Assembly (NCBI GenBank): GCA_000004695.1 | Contig: CM000154.2 | Location: 4,224,001 to 4,288,000, forward strand | Direction: 5' to 3' | DNA: 64,000 nt | From: Dictyostelium discoideum | Taxonomy: Eukaryota | Shown: piece by piece, positions 39,501 to 53,035 of the stretch | Layout: the number at the start of each line of letters is the position of its first letter | Numbering within the stretch: the first letter of the stretch is position 1 | Notes under the pieces: model-generated | What the model saw: only the letters and a program-made list of their open reading frames with translations | What the model was told of the DNA's origin: nothing | Databases searched by the model: none | Position numbers and translations under genes: made by a program

Positions 39501-41238
39501 ATTGAAACAAGGTGCAATCGGTGAGATTCTCTCTGATGCCGCCATTGACCAAATTCGTAAGGTTATTTCAGATTTGGATGGCTATAGTTTGTTCGCTGCC
39601 GCTGGTCAATTAGAGAATGATCAATCATCTCAATCAACAATGAATGAAGTTACCAAACAACAACATTTGAAAAATCTTCAAAAAGATACAATCACTCAAG
39701 CTAAATTACTCATTGTTTCAAGTTCGCAATTGGTTGGTTCTTCAAGAGGTACTCAAGAACATTTGGGTTCTGCAACTACTAAAGTTGCCAATACCGTTTC
39801 ATCATTGGTTAAAACCGCAAAAGATATTGCATCAGTTTTAGCTGATACCACATCACAACAAGATATCCTCTCTGCAAGTAAAGCATTATCTATTTCATCT
39901 CAACAAATGGTTTTGGCCACTAAAGATGCTCAACGTTTCAAAAAGGATGCTACTGCATTCCGTTCACTTGGTAAATCTGCTGAAGCTGTCGCCGAAGCTG
40001 TTGGTCAATTCCTCACATCAGTTTATACCGCTATCTCTGATGCTGGTAAAGGTATTAAAGAATTGGAGAAATCAATTGTACAAGTTGCAAACTACCACGA
40101 AAAACCAGATACTGTACTTAGCAATAAAGATGCCACTGCTGAAATTTTCGCTCAATCCGCTAGAGATTTGGCTAAATCTTCAATTGAAATCGTTACATCC
40201 TACACTTCTTCTCAAGATGATCTCGTTAAATCATCACAAGCCGTTGTTTCCAACGTTCAATCATTCATTTCCAATAGTAAAGGTGTCATTGCTTTATTGG
40301 GTAACGGTAATGATGATTTGAAATCTAAAGTTTTGGAGAATGTTAAACAAACAACTGGTGATATGTTAGCCTTGTTACAATGTGTTAAAGATCAAGATAA
40401 GAATGGTTCAACAAGTATTGCTGATGCTACTCGTTCAATCTCTGATCGTGTTCATAGTGTTGTCACTTTATCAAAATCATTACCAGGTGGTCAAAACATT
40501 GTCGTAGAGGAAGATAACGTACTCGAAGATCTTGAAGCACTCGCTGAGGATGAATTATCTGCATGTGCTAGATCCATCGAAGAAGCTACCGCTAAATTAA
40601 TTGCTGCCAGACCACAATCTAAATCTAAAAATGGTAAATTGGATGCTGAAGGTGTTGCTGCAACAATCGTAGATGCTAGTAGTGCAATTGCTAAAGCTGT
40701 TGCCAAACTTGTCAATTCCGCTGCCGTCGCTCAATCAAAGAGAAGAGAAGATCAAATTGCAAGTGGTTCAGTTTATAAAGCTGATCCAACTTGGTCAAAT
40801 GGTTTAATTTCAGCCGCTAAAGGTGTAGGTGCTGCAACTCATCGTTTAGTTGAAGCTGCAATGAAATCTGCAACTGGTAAAGCTGAAGAAGAAGAACTCA
40901 TTGCAACTGCACGTTCTGTAGCCGCTGCAACTGCCTTATTAGTCTCTGCTTCTCGTGCTAAATCTGGTGATGACTATCAATCTCAAGCTGCCCATTCACA
41001 TCTTTCAACTGCAGCTAGACAAGTCGCTTCCGCTACATCTGATCTTGTAGCTGCTGCTAAAGCTGCAACAATCTTTGACGAACAACAACAAGAAGAAGAA
41101 CAAGAACAATTCAATTTCACTGGTTCAAAAGTAAAAGAATTAGAACAACAAATGAAGATTCTAAAATTAGAAAAAGAATTAGAAACTGCAAGAAGACAAA
41201 TGTTAAATTCAAGAAAACAAAATTATAATAAAAATTAA
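33563..41238 (+). CDS. talA: talin A (filopodin)-like; FERM head plus long helical rod plus C-terminal I/LWEQ actin-binding domain; reading frame contains one in-frame TAA at 37594..37596
   Basis: Exons are 33563..33953 (MSISLKINIVGANTVKTLRFAPD…, donor GTAAAT, phase 1), 34074..34347 (…KFFFNDANIDRNDPVQLHLLFVQCRDGIIEG…GFL, donor GTAAGT, phase 2) and 34422..41238 (…LKDYLPLQWLKSKGVEKDIF…RYVQLCRSLKTYGMTSFDVK…IKRWAATDKSFTLDFGDHETEY…; C-terminal I/LWEQ block …ATARSVAAATALLVSASRAKSGDDYQSQAAHSHLSTAARQVASATSDLVAAAKAA). No villin-headpiece tail is present, hence the talin A type. Frames 34507..37596 and 37651..41238 are the same frame, separated only by the TAA. Confidence 0.85.
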
Positions 41239-41294
41239 AAAATAAAATAAAATAAATTTTTAAAAAAACTAAAAAATAAATAATATTTATATAA

Positions 41295-42800
41295 TTAATT
41301 TTTTATTTTTGTAAATTTTGCAATAAAGAAACCAATTGTACCAATATTTGAATCTGATGGATCAAATCTTGAAACTAATTTACATTGTTGTTCAGTCAAA
41401 CCACAATTTGGTAGACCTGGTTGAGAGATATGAGGAATTTGTGGAATTAATTTCATTTCTGGATAATTATTTAAAAGATATGAAACATTTAATTCATTTT
41501 CTTCTGGATTAATTGAACATGTTGAATAAACTAAAATACCACCTGGTTTTAATAATGAAACTGCTTGGTCAATTAATTTCTTTTGAAATTCTGATGAATT
41601 TGTTAAATCAACTAAACTACTTGATTCAATTAAACGTGGACGTGATCCAAGTCCAGAACATGGTCCATCTAATAAAACTTTATCAAATGAATTACTTTGA
41701 AATCTAATTTTATCCAATGGATCTTGTTGATTTTCTTTTGTTAATTTTGATGAATCTTTTGCTAAACATGTTACATATTTATCTAATGATAATCTTTTAC
41801 ATAAATCAATAATCTTTTTAACTTTTCCTTTATTTTTATCTAATGCAAATATTTCAGTTTTAATTTCATTATTGTTTTGATATTTTTGATTATTTTGATT
41901 ATTATTAATTTCAAATTGTTGGATTAATGATGCAATTAATGTAGTTTTACCACCTGGAGCAGCACACATATCAATAATTTTATCACCTAATTTTGGTTCT
42001 AATTGATAAACTGTATAGATTGATGGTAAATGTTGTAAAAACATTTTATCCTCTAATACTGAATTTAAAGGTGGACAAACATATAATCTTTCAGTCATTT
42101 CAATTGCAACACCAACTCTAGTTTGATGATAATCATCTCTATCCAATAAACTTATACCATTACCAATGAATGCACATTTCTCTTTGAAACAATCTTCAAA
42201 TATTTCACCTTTCGAAACTCTGCTATCAATTGTTACAAATACTGATACCATATTACCTTTTTTAATATATTTATTTGAACCTAATACACCAATTGAAAAT
42301 ATATTACTACCCCTTAATACTGCTTCACCACAAATTAAATCAACAATAATTTGTGGATAAATTGGTTTTGGTATTAATGGTCCAATTGTTTTTATAAATA
42401 TTGTATCTTTTGAAATTTGATTTTTAATTTCATCATTATTATCATTATCATTATTATTATTTTCAATATTATTTAAAATATCATTAAATGATTTAAAATT
42501 TGTAAAAATTTCTTGATTTTCTATTGATTTTTCATTGGTTTTGAAATGATTTGAAAGGTCAATTAATAATTTATCTTTATTGGTATTCATTGTATTAACT
42601 CTGATTGTTGTATATAAAAAAGTTTGAGTCATTGATTTTTGAATTCTTTCCATATGTTCTTTTCCATAATATTTAATTAAATGATTAAGTACTTCAATAT
42701 CTTTAAATTCCATTAAACATTCATTTGTATATTCATCATCTCCAATTTTCTTAAAATTCATAATTTTCATTTCATTTAAAACATGATTTAAATCTTTCAT
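41295..42800 (-). CDS. NOL1/NOP2/Sun-family RNA (cytosine-C5)-methyltransferase with PUA domain (NSUN6-like), single exon, 501 aa
   Basis: PUA-like segment IIVDLICGEAVLRGSNIFSIGVLG. SAM-binding motif DMCAAPGGKTT, motif IV LDGPCSGLGSRP (catalytic Cys) and motif VI GGILVYSTCSINPEENE. Convergent with the talin 3' end, with a 56-bp gap. Confidence 0.85.
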   Translation of the reverse strand: MKDLNHVLNEMKIMNFKKIGDDEYTNECLMEFKDIEVLNHLIKYYGKEHMERIQKSMTQTFLYTTIRVNTMNTNKDKLLIDLSNHFKTNEKSIENQEIFTNFKSFNDILNNIENNNNDNDNNDEIKNQISKDTIFIKTIGPLIPKPIYPQIIVDLICGEAVLRGSNIFSIGVLGSNKYIKKGNMVSVFVTIDSRVSKGEIFEDCFKEKCAFIGNGISLLDRDDYHQTRVGVAIEMTERLYVCPPLNSVLEDKMFLQHLPSIYTVYQLEPKLGDKIIDMCAAPGGKTTLIASLIQQFEINNNQNNQKYQNNNEIKTEIFALDKNKGKVKKIIDLCKRLSLDKYVTCLAKDSSKLTKENQQDPLDKIRFQSNSFDKVLLDGPCSGLGSRPRLIESSSLVDLTNSSEFQKKLIDQAVSLLKPGGILVYSTCSINPEENELNVSYLLNNYPEMKLIPQIPHISQPGLPNCGLTEQQCKLVSRFDPSDSNIGTIGFFIAKFTKIKN

Positions 42801-43109
42801 TTTTATTTTTTATTTTTTATTTTTTATTTTTTATTTTATTTTTATTTTTATTTTTTATTTTTTTATTATTAATTTAAGGATTTAAAAAAAAAAAATTGTT
42901 TGTATCTTTAAATTTAATATTCATTAATTAAATTTAGATTATTTTTAGAAAAAAAAAAAAAAAAAAAATTAATTTCTTTTTTTTTATTTTTTTTATTTTT
43001 TTTATTTTTTTTCTCAAAACAAAAAACCGACAAAAAAAGCGAAAGACGATTTTTTTTTTTTTTTTTTTTTTTCAAAATAATTATAATTTTAGATAATAAT
43101 AAAAATAAA

Positions 43110-44820
43110 ATGGATGTACTTGTAGGTTGTTCAACTGGTATTAATAAAAGTAATGTAAACAAGATTTTTTTTTTTTTTTTTTAATTATATCTTAAGATTA
43201 TTAACTTTTTTTTTTTTTTTATAGTTTATAATATTCATAAAAAAACACCAACAGGTTTATATGGTGCATTAAATACAACATCAGAATTAAATGTAATGAC
43301 ATTTGGTTGGAATTCAGTTGAAAATAATGAAGATTATGTATTTTATGGATATTCAAATGGTATTTTAAAATATTGGAATCAAAAAGAGAAACAATTAATT
43401 GGTGAAATTGATTATGGTCAATCAATTAAAGCAATTCATCCATTGAATAATGATAAATTATTAGTAGCATTAGAGAATGGTTTAGTTGATGTTAAAACTT
43501 TAACAGCACCAATTACAACTCAATTAGCTCCAATGAATTTACCAACATTAAATAAAAAAAAGAGTCCAGCAGCAGCAGCCGCCGCCTCAACAGTAGGAAA
43601 GAATAATAAATCAAAACAAGTCATTGTTGAACCAGTTAATACTCAAAGTTTTTCATTAAATGTTGCAACTAATTTATCAGGTTTTGCAATGAATCCATCA
43701 AATGATAAATTTGCATTTGGTGGTAAAGATGTAAATTTAACCATTTGGGATCTTGAAAAACAAGTTAAAACCTATTCAGCCAAATTTAAACATGACTTTT
43801 TAAATCTTCAAGAACCAGTTTCAATCAATGTTGTAAAATACATGAATGATGATAAAATTTTAATTGGTAGTGATTTTAGAATAAAAGCTTATGATTTACG
43901 TTCAAAAACTAATAGATCTTCTTTCTTGGACGTTTCATTTTCAAAACATCCAATTCAATCAATTCAATATACAAATCAAAAAGAACAGTATGTTTTTAAA
44001 TTTAAAAAAGATATTATTAAAAAAAAAAAAAAAAAAAAAAAAGAATAATTATAATTATATAAAATATTAATATTTATTATTTTTTATTATTATTAGTTAT
44101 TTCTATGCATCAGATTCAATTGGTAAAGTATTTTGTTATGATGTTAGAACAAGTAGACAAGTTGGTAGTTTCAAAGATAGTGCTGGTAGTGTTAAAGATA
44201 TTGCAATTCATCCAACTTTACCATTATTAGCAACAGTTGGTTTAGATAGACATCTTAGAGTTTATAATTTAGATAATAGAAAAATGTTACATAAAATTTT
44301 CTTAAAACAAAGACTTTCTTGTGTATTATTCTCAAAAGAAGAACCAACAAATGAAATTGCTCAAGAAGAAGAAGAAATCTGGAAGAATTTGGAAGAAAAT
44401 AAAAATAGAATTAATAATGATGATAATGATGATAATAATGAAGGAAATGATAAAAAGAAATCAATTTCAATTAAAGTTACTGATAATATGGATTCTGATG
44501 ATGATATTGAAGATGGTGATGATAATGATGTTGAATTCCCAATGGAAGCAGATTCAGATGATTCAGATTTTGATTTAGGTAATTCTGATGATGATAATAT
44601 CTCTGTTAAAAAAGAAAATAAAGGTGATTCAGATGATTCAGATGATGACTCTGACGAAGATGAAAAACCAAAAAGAAAAACACCTGCAAAATCAAATCTC
44701 AGAAATAATAATAATAATAATAATAAAGGTAAAAATAATAAAGGTAAAAATAATAGTAGTACAAAGAAAACTAGTCAAGTTTTGAAAAAGAAATTTGCTG
44801 GTTTAAAAAAAAGAAAGTAA
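43110..44820 (+). CDS. WD40-repeat ribosome-biogenesis protein, NSA1/WDR74-like, three exons, about 508 aa
   Basis: Exons are 43110..43149 (MDVLVGCSTGINK, donor GTAATG, phase 1), 43225..43987 (IYNIHKKTPTGLYG…WNQKEKQLIGEIDYGQSIKAIHPLNN…, donor GTATGT, phase 2) and 44097..44820 (HYFYASDSIGKVFCYDVRTS…LDRHLRVYNLDNRKMLHKIFLKQRLSCVLF, then an acidic D/E/S-rich region and a basic K-rich tail). The N-terminus and the LDR..R.YN…KML.K block resemble yeast Nsa1. Confidence 0.7.
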
Positions 44821-45451
44821 ATTAAAGTTTATAATAAAAAAAAAAAAAAAATAAAAAAAAACAAAATAAAATAAAATAAAACAATTACAAAAAAAATAAA
44901 AGAAAATAATATTTAAAAAATAATTAAAATAATATTATTTTTAACAATAATTAAATAATCCTTGAAATAAACCACACTTTTTTTTTTTTTTCCATTTTTT
45001 TTTTTTTACTATCATTATTACTAAAAAAAAAAAGATTTTTAAACAAATAGTAGTAAAAACCACATGTGAACACACACATACTTCCCACAATAAAAATAAA
45101 AATAAAGTAATTATAAATTTTGACAAATAAATCCTAACAGAATTAATTTTAATTTAATCAATAAAATAGTACTATTTATTTTAATTAAAATTTCAAAACC
45201 ACATAAAATTATTATAAAAAAAAAAAAAAAAGGATTAATTGTTAACAAATTTTACTTTAAATAATTTATTTTAATAAGATAAGGGTTAATATAAATATTA
45301 AAGTTGAAATTTTTTTTTTTTTTTAATACTCCAAATTATTATATTTGTAAAAGTAATAAACAAATAAATAAATAAATAAATAAATAAATAAAGAAATAAA
45401 TAAATAAATAAATAAATAAAAAAATAAATATATAAAAAAAAAAAAAAAAAA

Positions 45452-47689
45452 ATGAGAGAATATTCAGATATTATTAATAGTGGTGTAAATAGAGGTGATA
45501 GATTACTTCATAATTTTTTCAACTCAATAAATTATCAATCAAATTATATGGTTGATAGAGTTGAAAGAGCTTTTGGTGGTAGTAAATTAGCTGGTGACGT
45601 TTTCAAGATTACTGCTGGTGTTGGTTTACCATTAGCTTTAGGTTATGGAATTCATCGTTACATTTCTCAAAGACCAAAATTAAAAGAAAAAATTCCATGG
45701 GGTCAATTAAGAAATGGTGGTAATGTTATCTCTCGTGTTTTAAATAATCATAATATTAAGTAAATATTTTATTTTATATTTTTTTTTATTATTTTTTTTT
45801 TCTATTTATTAATTTTTTTTTTTTTTCATCATTATTATTTATTTTTTTATAGGTTTGCATTTTCATTAAGTGAATTACAAGATATTAAAACAATTAATGA
45901 ATGCAGTTTAGAAAATAAAATGAAAGTTATTCAAATGAAAAATTATAATAATGCAATTGTTGCTGCTGGTGGTGTTTTTAGAATGACTGGTCAAATCGGT
46001 GTAGTTTTTGTAAATGGTGGTCCAGAAATTATTTCAATGATTAATGGTATAGTAAATGCAAAAGTTGATAACATTCCATTAGTTGTTATTGCAATTAATC
46101 CAATTATTGGTGAACAAGATTTTGTAAGTATTTAATTTAATTGTTTTCAAAAAAAAAAAAAAAAAAAAATTAACTAATTATTATATTTTATTTATTATTT
46201 TTAAAAGGATAAAAAATTATTAAATAATTATTTTAAATATATTACTGAAGTAACAAATATTAATGAAATTTCACAAGTATTAGAAGATTCATTTGCAAAA
46301 TCAGTAGAGAGTGAAAATTCAAGTTCAGTTTTAATTGAAATTTCACAATCATTATTATTACCAGAAGAGGAAACTAAAGAATATTTAGAGAATTTCCAAA
46401 AATCAAGATGGTATATTAATAAACTTTGGGATGAAATTAGTGGTAGAACATTTAAATATCCATCTGAAACCACTGAAATTAGTTTCCATTATCCAAGATT
46501 ACGTATGGTTGAAAGTCCAAAGAATAAACATGTTGAAAATGTTATGAATCATTTGGTAAATGCAAAATATCCAATTTTAGTAATTGGTGATCAATGTTTA
46601 GTATCAAACAATATTAATAATAAAGATTTAAATTTGGAAAGTTTGAAATTATCCATTCAATTATTAGGTGTGCCAACATTTTTAAACGGATTTTCAAAAT
46701 GTCTTGGAACAATGGGTATTAATAACATTGTTAATGATAGTATGGAATATGCATTGGGACGTTGTGATCTTTTAATTAGTATGGGTATTTCATCACCAAG
46801 TTTCATCAATGATTTAAATATCGATACATTGAAAACCAAGGTTTATTCTATTATGGAATTCTCACAACCAGCTAGTTTTTCAAATAAATTTGGTTTTGAT
46901 CTCGTTGAAAGACATGCTTGTGATCCAAGTGCATTCTTATTACATCTAGGTTTTATTTTCCCAAAATCTCATTCAAACAAATGGAATAAATGGTTATATG
47001 ATTTACAAGAGAAAGATTCAATTGGTTTATTAATAAATGAAAAGAAATCTGATATTAAAGTTGACAATGTTAATCCATTTATGTTGATTAGATCATTGAA
47101 AGATACATTCAAAAGATTGGAAAAACCACCAGTAATCGTTAGTGATAAAGGTGAATTTTGTGATGTTGCAAACACAACTTTGGGTGGAAGCGTACTTTCA
47201 TTAATTCAACCAAGTAAATTCTCCTCTCACAGTAGTTCAATTGGTTTGGCAATCGCTTCAAAGCTATGTTTCCCTGAAACTGATGTTTACATGTTAACTG
47301 ATAACATTTCAATTATTAACTGTGTTCAAGAATTTGGTACTCTATCATACTACCGTTTACCAATTAATATCATTGTTGCTAATAATGAAAAACATTCAAT
47401 CATTAATCCATTAGGTCGTGATATTGTAAACTTACAAAACCAACAACCAAAGAATTTAATGGATAATCAATCAAAGAATCATGAAGCTCCAAGAACTGCT
47501 TTCCATAAGATTATGAACGCCTATGGTGGTAATGGTTTTATTATTAATAAAGATCATGGTTCAAAAGATGATATTGAAAATATCATTTTAGATGGTCGTG
47601 AAAAATCAATTAATACTCATCGTCCAGTTTTGTTCAATATTTGGACTGATATTCCAAAACAAAGTGGTATTGGTGGTGGTGCAATGTAG
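45452..47689 (+). CDS. thiamine-pyrophosphate enzyme family protein, ILVBL/2-hydroxyacyl-CoA-lyase-like, three exons, about 686 aa
   Basis: Exons are 45452..45759 (MREYSDIINSGVNRGD…, donor GTAAAT, phase 2), 45853..46123 (…AIVAAGGVFRMTGQIGVVFVNGGPEIISMINGIVNAKVDNIPLVVIA…, the TPP N-terminal/pyrimidine domain, donor GTAAGT) and 46208..47689 (central domain and C-terminal TPP-binding domain …VIVSDKGEFCDVANTTLGG…MLTDNISIINCVQEFGTLSYYRLPINIIVANNEKH…). The canonical GDG of the GDG-X(24-27)-NN motif is replaced by TDN. Confidence 0.7.
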
Positions 47690-48353
47690 ATCCAATTTTT
47701 TTTAAAAAAATCAAATAATTTTTAAATAAAGTTTTTTATATATTTTTTTTTATTATCATTTTAATTTTTATTACGTTTTGTTCTTTTTTTTTTTTTTTTG
47801 TAAGATATAATAATATTAGTGGAGTAAAAAAAAACCTTGTGATATTGGTATATATCATTTAAAAAAAAAAAAGAATGACCATTTCATCTGGGTGTAGGTT
47901 ATTTCGAAACACAACTATCCCTAAACACCAATTTTATTTTTCACATAATACTCTTTTTTTTCAAAATTTAAAATATATAAAAGAAAATAAAAACAAAATT
48001 ATAAAAATCTTTAGGTTTAGGTTTTTTTTTTTTTTGGTAAAATGTTTTTTTTTTATTTAAAATCATTTAAACGATCAGAGGCCTCAGAAAAGGAAAGCGA
48101 AATCAAAGAAACCTAAATTTTTTTTTTTAAAAAAAAATATTAATACATTGAGTTGAAACAAATAAATTATTATTGTTTTTGTATGTTTTTAGGTTGGGTT
48201 GAATTAAATCATAAATGCGAATAAATAAATTTTTTTCGTCACTATAATTAAGAGAGATTCCCATAAGTTTTTTTAATCATCTAAAAGCAACCCCACCACA
48301 TAAATGAAAGTGTATTTAAAATTTATTACTTACTTTTTGGTTGGCTTTGGTTG

Positions 48354-48391
<38 letters not shown>

Positions 48392-48850
48392 GCGATCGAA
48401 AAAAAAAAAAAGAAAAAAAAATTGAAAAATTAAAAAAAAAAGTAAAAAAAAAAAACACAACGTTTTTTAATCTTCAAGAAACGTTTTAAAAATTAAAAAA
48501 ATTTTTTTTCAAAAAAACATTTTTTTTTTGCGCCAACTCTTTTTTAAAATTTTATTTATTTTTAATACAAATAAAACACCCAAAAGTACAAAATAATATA
48601 ATTCATTTTTTGAAATTGTTTTTTTATTTTAAAGAAAAATAAAGGTTTGAAAAAAAAAAAATAAAAAAAAAAATTGATTTGGTTTATTTTTTTATTTGAT
48701 ATTTTCTTTGCTGTGAATAAATAAAAAAAAAAGTTTCCAATATTTTGGTCAAATCCAGAACATTTTAAAACACTCGATTTTTATTTTTTATTTTATTTAT
48801 TTTCTGAATAATGCCATTTTTAATTTCTGATTGTTTTATTGATTAGAAAA

Positions 48851-48905
<55 letters not shown>

Positions 48906-48923
48906 AATCCAGTAATAAAATTT

Positions 48924-50935
48924 CTATATTTCTTTAATAATTTCTACAGATTCATCTAATTTACAAATATCTAATGATTGATTAAAATTATATTGTAAAA
49001 TAATTTTTGGTATATGTTTGGGTATTGATCCTTCAATTAGTGGTGTATTCATTTCTCCTAATGTTAATTGCTTTATTGAATTTGGAATGATTCCTGGTGT
49101 TAGTTGATGTTTGAATCCTCCATAAATACTGAGATATGTTACAGAATTTGGTATTGAATTTATTTCTAATGATTGTTTAGTACCATTTAAATATAAGAAT
49201 TTCGCTCCATCACTAATTATACCTGGTGTTATTAATTGATCGAAAACATCATTGAAATGTAAATTAGTGACTGATTTAGGAATTGATCCAACAACTAATG
49301 GTGATTTAATATTATAGAAGTATAAATATTTTACACTTTCTGGTATAATACCTGGTGAGAGTAATTGTTTAAAACCATCATTAAACGTAATTGATTCAAC
49401 TGAATTTGGAATTGAACCAATCTTTAATTCACTTTTAATATTATTTAAACTTAACTCTTGTATACCTTCAGGTATCAAAGAAATGGTACCGATTGATAAT
49501 GGTTGATTAAATCCATTTTGTAAACAAAGATAAGATACAGTTTTAGGAATTGATCCAATCTCTAATGAATGTTTGATATCTCTTAAATTCAAATATCTGA
49601 CGCTCGAGGGAATAATACCTGGTTCTAGTGATTGGGAAAATCCATCACAAACATGCAAATGATTTACAGAATTAGGAATTGAACCAATCTTTAATGGCTT
49701 TTTAATGTCGTGTAGATATAAATATTTAGCCCTCGAAGGAATAATACCAGCTTCAATTGATTGATTAAATCCATCATGAAATGATAACCACCCAACACGT
49801 GATGGTATTGATCCAATTACCAAGGGTGTTTTAATATCATATATATCTAAATATTCAATACCAAGTGGTAATACACCTGGTTCTAAACTTTCTTTAAATC
49901 CATCTAATAATATTACATGCCAAAAATTTTTATTTGATTTAAGTTTTAATAAACTACCGCACTCTTCTCCAAGTGCAATTTTAACATCATCTTTTGGTAA
50001 TTCACTGTTCTCTGAATATAAATAATACTTTTCACCACTACCAAATTCTATTTTTAAAATAAAATGTTAATATACTTTTATTATTTACATATATACTTGT
50101 AATTAAACATACTTTTTATAAATTTATAATTATTTTCATCAGTTTCAATCTTAAATTTTTCATTTAATTCATTATTATTTTTATTATAATTATTATTATA
50201 ATTATTATTATTATTATTATAATTATTATTAATAAGTTCATATATTGATTCTAAATTATTTTTAATTTCATCAATTATTTGATTATTGAATTTAATGATT
50301 TGATTATTATATTCTTTTAATTTATTTTGATTATTGATATTTATATTATTTTTTAATAACAATAATGATTGTTGATATTGTTTAATTAGTTCAATTGTAT
50401 CAGTACCTTTATGATAACCAATAATATCTTCATCACCATAATCATAATCATTATAATTTTGTTGAATATTTTTTATTGAATTGTTTAATTTATCAATCAT
50501 TGGGTTATTATTATATTTATTACTATTATTATCAATATTGATTGAGGAGGTAATAGTTGCATTTATTAATGTATTTTCTTGGAAAATTGTTTCTAATTGT
50601 TTTTCGATATCTAATTCAAGTATTGAGAGTATGTGATGAAGTTTTTTAAATTCATCTTTAAGTAATTTTTTATTTTCATCATTTTGTAATTGAATTTCAT
50701 TGAAAATTTCATTGGAATCTTTTAATGTTTGTTTATTATCTCCAATTCTTTCAAGTAATTTCGGGTAAACATCGTCTTTAAAATTATTCATCATTGAAAG
50801 AATGTTTGATATTGATATTGGTTCTAATCCATGACGATGATGAGAACCATTACTGGATGCACATAAAATACAACATGGTATTAATTTACAATCTAAACAT
50901 AAAAGTTCAACATTTTTACTTGGATGGATTGAACA

Positions 50936-50986
<51 letters not shown>

Positions 50987-51001
50987 TGTTAATGATATCA
51001 T
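48924..51001 (-). CDS. B-box zinc finger plus coiled-coil plus FNIP-repeat protein (intact unit 1 of a tandem array), two exons, about 670 aa
   Basis: Exon 1 is 51001..50113 (MISLTNNNN…[42 protein letters not shown]… is a B-box-type C/H cluster, followed by coiled-coil, ending …NNYKFIK, donor GTATGT, phase 1). The intron is 65 nt (50112..50048). Exon 2 is 50047..48924 ([22 protein letters not shown]… then FNIP repeats GSIPxSV..L.F.DGFNQ…). The only boundary pair that keeps the frame was chosen; a GTAAAT/49-nt alternative would create a stop. Confidence 0.7.
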
Positions 51002-51355
51002 AATATAAATTAAAAGGTCTGATAGTTTTTTTTATTGTTCAAATGAAGTTATTATTGATTTTTGATGGTGAAAAAAATGAAAAAAAAAAAAAAAAAATGA
51101 AAAAAAAAATTATTATCTTAAATATTTGGGTGTTTTATTTTAAATTTTCAATCTTCCCACATCCACAATTTATTTTTTTTTTAATTAAAAAAAAGTTAAA
51201 AACAATAATTTAAAAATAGAAAAAGATAAAAAAAAAAAAAAAAAATTAAAAAAAAATAAAAAATAAAAAACCTAATACAGTAAAATATTTTAATTCTATT
51301 TCTATTTCTAATTTTATTTAATAATTTCTACAGATTTATCTAATTTACAAATATC

Positions 51356-52934
51356 TTATGATTGATTAAAATTTTTTTGTAAAATAATTTTTGGTATATT
51401 TTTGGGTATTGATCCTTCTATTAGTTGTGTATTCATTATTCCTAGTGTAAATTGCTTTTTTGAATTTGGAATGATTCCTGGTGTTAGTTGATGTTTGAAT
51501 CCTTTATAAATACTGAGATTTGTTACAGAATTTGGTATTGAATTTATTTCTAATGATTGCATAGTATCATTTAAATATAAGAATTTCACTCCATCACTAA
51601 TTATACCTGGTGTTATTAATTGATCGAAACCATTTTCGAACCATAAATCAGTGACTGATTTAGGAATTGATCCAACGACAAATGGTATTTTAATATTATA
51701 GAACAATAATTTTTTTTCACTTTCTGGTATAATACCTGGTGGGAGTAATTGGTTAAAACCATTATTAAATGAAATGGATTCAACTGAATTAGGAATTGAC
51801 CCAATTTGTAAATTTAAATTAATTCCATTATAAAATTATAATAATATAACGCCATTTGGAATTGAACCAACCTTTAATTCACTTTTAATATATAAACTTA
51901 ATGTTGTATACCTCCAGGTATCAAAGAAATGGTTTCGATTGATAATGGTTGATTAAATCCATCTTCTAAGCAAAGATTATCAACAGTTTTTGGAATTGAT
52001 CCAATCTCTAATGAATGTTTGATATCTCTTAAATATAAATATTTGACACTTGAGGGAATAATACCTGGTTCTAATGATTGGGAAAATCCATCACAAAAAC
52101 CCAAACTATTTACAGTATTAGAAATTGAACCAATCTTTAATGGCTTTTTAATGTAGAATTAAAATTCCAACACTAGAAGGAATAATACCATCTCCAATTG
52201 ATTGATTAAATCCATCATGAAATGTAACCACCCAACACTTGATGGTATTGATCCTTTTACTAATGGTGTTTTAATATCACATATCACTAAATATTCAACA
52301 CCAAGTGGTAATACCCCTGGTTCTAAACTTTCTTTAAATCCATCTAATAATATTACATCCTTTATATTTTCATTTGATTTGAGTTTTAATAAACTACCAC
52401 AATCTTCTCCAAGTGCAATTTTAACATTATTTTTTGGTAATTCACTGTTCTCTGAATATAAATAATACTTTCCAATACCAATTTCTATTTTTAAAATAAA
52501 ATGTTAATATACTTTTATTATTTACATATATACTTGTAATTAAACATACTTTTTATAAATTTATAATTATTTTCATCAATTTCAATCTTAAATTTTTCAT
52601 TTAATTTACTATTATTATTATTTTTATAATTATTATTATTATTATTATTATTATTATTTAGTTCATAAATTAATTTTAAATTATTTTTAATATCATCAAT
52701 TATTTGATTATTGAATTTAATGATTTGATTATTATATTCTTTTAATTTATTTTGATTATTGATATTTATATTATTTTTTAATAATAATAATGATTGTTGA
52801 TATTGTTTAATAAGTTCAATTGTATCAGTACCTTTATAATAACCTATAATATCTTCATCACCATAATCATAATCATCATAATTTTGTTGAATACTATTAA
52901 TATTTTTTATTGAAATATTTAATTTATCAATCAT
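51356..52934 (-). pseudogene. decayed array unit 2: FNIP-repeat exon with frameshifts/indels plus C-terminal half of the B-box/coiled-coil exon; zinc-finger part deleted
   Basis: Nucleotide-level copy of unit 1, with the same flanks (ttatttaataatttctacagatttatctaatttacaaatatc…). The FNIP part is broken into ORFs of 116, 62 and 68 aa in different frames with scrambled blocks at 51800..52200. The B-box exon is retained only from …[13 protein letters not shown] (52518..52934). Its 5' side is replaced by an (ATT)n tract and unrelated sequence. Confidence 0.55.
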
Positions 52935-52937
52935 TGA

Positions 52938-52943
<6 letters not shown>

Positions 52944-53030
<87 letters not shown>
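52944..53030. repeat. (ATT)n microsatellite, about 29 units, at the truncation point of array unit 2
   Basis: Seen directly. The same (ATT/AAT)n runs (poly-N codons on the minus strand) occur at the 5' ends of the other units (50940..50995, 60150..60235, 62070..62135). This is a plausible substrate for slippage or unequal exchange. Confidence 0.85.

Positions 53031-53035
<5 letters not shown>

Noticed and set aside
39047-40715. ORFs of 145, 131 and 74 aa nested within the talin rod region
   Set aside because: These are out-of-frame or antisense readings within a continuous, homology-supported talin ORF.
50048-50112. Alternative 49-nt intron (GTAAAT donor) for the B-box/FNIP gene
   Set aside because: That donor leaves T+AA = TAA across the junction. 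Only the GTATGT donor at 50112 with the AATAG acceptor at 50048 preserves the frame into the FNIP exon.
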